Positions 60,441-64,000 of a stretch of DNA of 64,000 bases are shown in pieces; positions within the stretch are counted from its first letter, which is position 1; every line of letters begins with the position of its first letter. This stretch comes from Macrostomum lignano. Taxonomy: Eukaryota. The position numbers were made by a program, and so were the translations under genes. A model generated the notes under the pieces. It saw nothing but the letters and a program-made list of their open reading frames with translations, was not told the DNA's origin and did no database searches. The stretch covers positions 1-64,000 of the forward strand of contig NIVC01000055.1 in the NCBI GenBank assembly GCA_002269645.1, given 5' to 3'.

Positions 60441-60954
60441 AAGAGGGAAGTAAGTCACAATCAGAGGCAATCAGGGGGTAGTAGGTGCAAGTGTGGCAGG
60501 AGAGCAAAAACAGAATAGAAGCCTTCAACCACAGACAAGATCTTTGAAATCAGAAGCCCGCGTCAACAGTTTCCCATTGATTTCTTAAACTCTGGAGCAG
60601 GGGTCGGCAAACTCCGGCTCGCGAAGCCCCTCTATCTGGCCCTCGCCCCTCGGGTTCTTTGAAACTTCCTAACTAGCAAGGTTGGTGTCTCTTTAACTCT
60701 CATCTCTCTCTTCTTCTCTACCTTGCCTCCCCTCTTCTCTCTCTCCCCCTTTTCCCTCTTCTCTCTCCTCTCATTTTTACTCTCCTCTCTTCTCCCCCTT
60801 TCTCTACCCTTTCTCCTCAATGCCCTCTTCTCTCCTCTTATCTTCAGCAAAAATATGTGCATATTTTCTTACTTCAAAGTAGAGGGAATAGAAGATTAGA
60901 GATAAGCAAACAGAGGAGAGGCGAGCGTTCCCGTTGAATTTTTAGTTTTTAAAG

Positions 60955-61980
60955 TAGGCATGAAAGGTGAAGAGTTTTACACCGTCTGCCTCACTTTCGC
61001 CTCTCTTATGCCTATTTTGTGCCACTTGTGCACCGCGTGTTCACCTGAGTGCCTCTGCAGGGTCAGAAGGTGAATATAAGGCACGAAATAGGTGGTAGGG
61101 GCACAGGTGTCATAGGGGAGTTTGGTGTATTAAAGGTGCACAGTGTGCATTGGAGGCACAAAAGGTGAACAAAGTAGGAATTGGGGGCATTGGTGGAGTG
61201 AAAGGTGAAAAAGGTGCGCTGTGGTGGAGGTGCATAAAAAGTGTACAGTGTGCACTGGAGGCACGAAAGGTGAACAAACGGTGCACAGTGGGCACTTTAG
61301 GTGTAGAGGCAATGCAAGGGGCGTTCCAACTTGCGAAAGTTCTTTGCTACTTTTTCTTATTATTCTTTAAACAGATTCAAAGCTTTTCATCACTTTTCGG
61401 AACTTTTCCTGAGTATTTGAAAGTTATTAAAACTTATCAGTACAGGAAATGCTTACTTTTGTGGTTAGTCAGGATCAGGAAGGGGATAGCAGCAATTAGT
61501 ATAGGTGTAAATAAAGCTTTTCTATGTTCGATCTGTGCGTGCAATGTACGAGTATGTAACTCTCAGTTAATTTTTTGTTACTGATTATTAATGCGTTAAT
61601 TCGTGCATAGGCATGAAAGGTGAGCGAGGTGCACAGAAGAGGCACTTTGGGGTCTATTTCGAGCGTGTTTTGGAAATGCACCTGTATACATATTTACGCT
61701 GCAACATGTACACCTTATGCACCTCTAATTCACCTTTTGTGCACTTTCTGCGCCCCTTCAGCACCTTTACTGCCCCTACCGCCGCAGCCAATCAAAATTG
61801 AGAATTCACCTACTGCCTGACCACTTCACCGATTTTACACCTTTCATGCCTCTTTTCAAAAATATTGGTGACATTTAGGCATAAAAGGTGCACTCAGGTG
61901 CATTTCCAAAACACACACGTAATAGGCCACCAAAGTGCCTCTTTTGTGCACCTCGCTCACCTTTTGTGCCTCTGCAGGTG
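60955..61980. repeat. Block of nested inverted and direct repeats (GGCATGAAAGGTG / CACCTTTCATGCC, GTGCAC), flanked by a CT-rich tract (60690-60850) and an AG-rich tract (62010-62420)
   Basis: 61611-61683 is the inverse of about 61897-61970; GGCATRAAAGGTG occurs at about 60957, 61611 and 61878. Confidence 0.65.
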
Positions 61981-63815
61981 CATAACTTTTCCAACGGGGT
62001 TGCGATGGGAGAAAAGATAGAAGAGGAGAGGAAAGCTGAGGGAGGAAAAAGAGATGAGAGAGAAGAGGAGATTAGAGGAAAGAGGAAAGAAAAGATGATG
62101 GATGAGATCAGAAGAGAGGAAAGAGGAAAGAGGAGAGAGTAGATGAGAGAAGAGAGGATAAAGAGGAGATGAGAGGAGAGTGAAGAGAGGAGAGATGAGA
62201 GAGTAGAGAAGAGAGGAGAGATAAGATGAGAGAGTAGAGTGGAGAGAGACGAGAGGGAAGATAAGATGAGAGAGTAGAGTGGAATGGAGAGAGACGAGAA
62301 GAGAGATAAGAATGTAGAGAGGAGACAGAAGAGATAGGAGAGGAGAGGAAAGAGAGGAGAGAGGAGAGGAAAGAGAGAAGGGATAAGGGATGAGAGAGAA
62401 AAGAAAAAGAGGATGAGAAGATTGAGGAATGGAGAGAATTTGCAAAGGCCTCAAATCTTAGTTTAACATGCATTACTCCCATCTTTGCCTTTTTCCTAAC
62501 TGTTAACAAGTTTTTGTTTGAGCATGACTTCAAATTTAGAATCTATGCAAAAATAGTTCCGGGAATTAGAATTCAGTGGTTTAAAAATCTGTGGGTTTTC
62601 ACAGCTTGTATCTCTACTGGATTCGTATTCTGCATCTGATGAGCCATCTGAATCAGGGCTCTCATCTTCCATGCCAAATCGTCTAGCAAATCGTTCTTGA
62701 GCTATAGGTCACACTGTATTCACTTCACTTACTTCTGGACATTCATGAATCATGACTTTTGTAGTATGCTCACTACACTGTACTGACAATTTACTAATTG
62801 CTTCATGCCGCCACTAGATGACATACTGATTAGCTGTTATAAAAACGCGAAATCTGCACGCAGCACTAATTAGCTGGCGAGGCATTTAGCTTTAAAAATA
62901 TGGTTATAGTTACTCCTGCCGTTTACCTAAAGTTTTTGCTTGGCTCTTTCATAGGTAAGTCGCATTTTTTATCGAAAACTAAGTCGCACGGCCAGCGTAA
63001 TTTCAGAAGTTGCGCATGTATGTCTATATTGATTTATTTCATTAAAATCAAAGAGGTAGTTCTGATTGCTTTCTAAATGTATTCCCCAAATAGCTTTGTC
63101 TAATTTTTTTCTTAATAGAATCTTTTGTGCTTATGCTTGTCATGTGCACCCCTTACTATTTTTTGTGTGTGATTTATTGGTTTTGCAATTTGTAATTGCC
63201 TACTGCCTTGAGCATGGGGTCACCTGGCTGAATCAGCTGGGTCAGCCATCTGTCATGTATCTATATAGACAATAGCAGGTCTCTCGAATCTGACTAACAA
63301 CCTTAGCCCCAAGTAGTACTTTCTTAGTTCCCAATAAGTTGAGTCCCATTCAGATTCTAATCACTCATTCTCATGTGCAGACCTCTCACAGAGGGAATGC
63401 TTAGGGTGTGTATGTACTAAATATTCTTTTGATATTCGTTTCTTAAAAGTTTGCAAAGAACAACTTTTTATTGTTTAGCATGTACTCGGGCACTTTACTA
63501 TACCTTGAGGGGTTGGCCCTGAAGGGCGTAAACTTCACGAGCAGAGCCAAGCCGAGATTCCGATTTAGCCCCCTAATTTATGACTGCACTTAGAATCGAG
63601 CCTGGGCTGCTGGCGCATCAAAGTGCCGCGCTGGACCTCCCTACAGCCTCCCATCGAATAGTTGGACAAGATGTTCTTAGATATTCATGTCAAAAGTTGT
63701 TTTATAAAAATGAAAAGTACAAACAGTTCCTAGTTTTGTTGGAATAACTAGACCGTAGTCTATGCCATGCATCAATTTATTGCATGCGATTCTGCATGCA
63801 GCAGAGGCGGCCGCA

Positions 63816-63894
63816 ATGGACAGGACAGTCATTGTATTGCGCAACCCGGACGATCCAGGCTATGGCATATCGATCAGCTTTGCCACAGACCAGT
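63816..63894 (+). CDS. Probable first coding exon of a PDZ-domain protein, continuing at 63955 to the window end
   Basis: ATG at 63816 gives MDRTVIVLRNPDDPGYGISISFATDQ, with an R-x4-5-GYGISI carboxylate-binding-loop-like motif. Donor GTAAGC at 63895; 60-nt intron to AAG at 63954. Confidence 0.45.
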
Positions 63895-64000
63895 GTAAGC
63901 TGATATCGCTGCAAAGTTTTTGCTTTCATGCGAATTTACTAAATCTGTTTCAAGTTGTGCCTTCTGCGAACACAGTACTTGGGGTCCGGAAGGCGATAAG

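Larger units (their letters stand above)
58913..63022. mobile_element. 4.1-kb non-autonomous hAT-like element
   Basis: TIRs CATACATGCGCAACT(G/T)CTG at both ends; perfect 8-bp target duplication TCTATATT at 58905-12 and 63023-30; no transposase ORF inside. Confidence 0.85.

Noticed and set aside
62630-62670. Possible hammerhead ribozyme core (CTGATGA plus a stem); also checked near 44020
   Set aside because: No correctly placed GAAA or closing stems.

Overview
Eukaryotic (animal) genomic DNA with GC-rich exons, GT-AG introns and a very high load of minisatellites and decayed transposons. There is one 260-N gap (40906-41165). A degenerate copy of a flatworm-type spliced leader at 16739-16784 points to Macrostomum lignano or a close relative; this is inferred from my recollection of the published leader sequence. 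Genes supported by the sequence: a Shaw/Kv3-like potassium channel (+, 5' part outside the window, one exon with 5 frameshifts); an intronless FAX/metaxin-like GST-fold gene (-); a 3-exon divergent TRPV-like channel (-); an intronless CD36/SCARB scavenger receptor (+); a 5-exon histamine-H1-like aminergic GPCR (-) whose first three introns are packed with tandem arrays; a 38-aa OST4 gene absent from the ORF track (+); a secreted precursor encoding 14 dibasic-flanked, non-amidated F-[F/L]-x(2-3)-DR-[F/Y] peptides (-); and probably the first exons of a PDZ protein at the right edge. Mobile DNA includes Tc1/mariner derivatives and MITEs, a hAT MITE, foldback elements, a MULE carrying two nested RNase-H-type LINE fragments, and a 4.1-kb non-autonomous hAT-like element carrying a 1.3-kb satellite. 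The best leads are the peptide precursor, the SL-derived sequence behind a CCAAT-box array, the H1-like receptor with an intact histamine-type pocket, and intronic minisatellites built from splice-signal-like words. Repeat boundaries and copy numbers are hand estimates.
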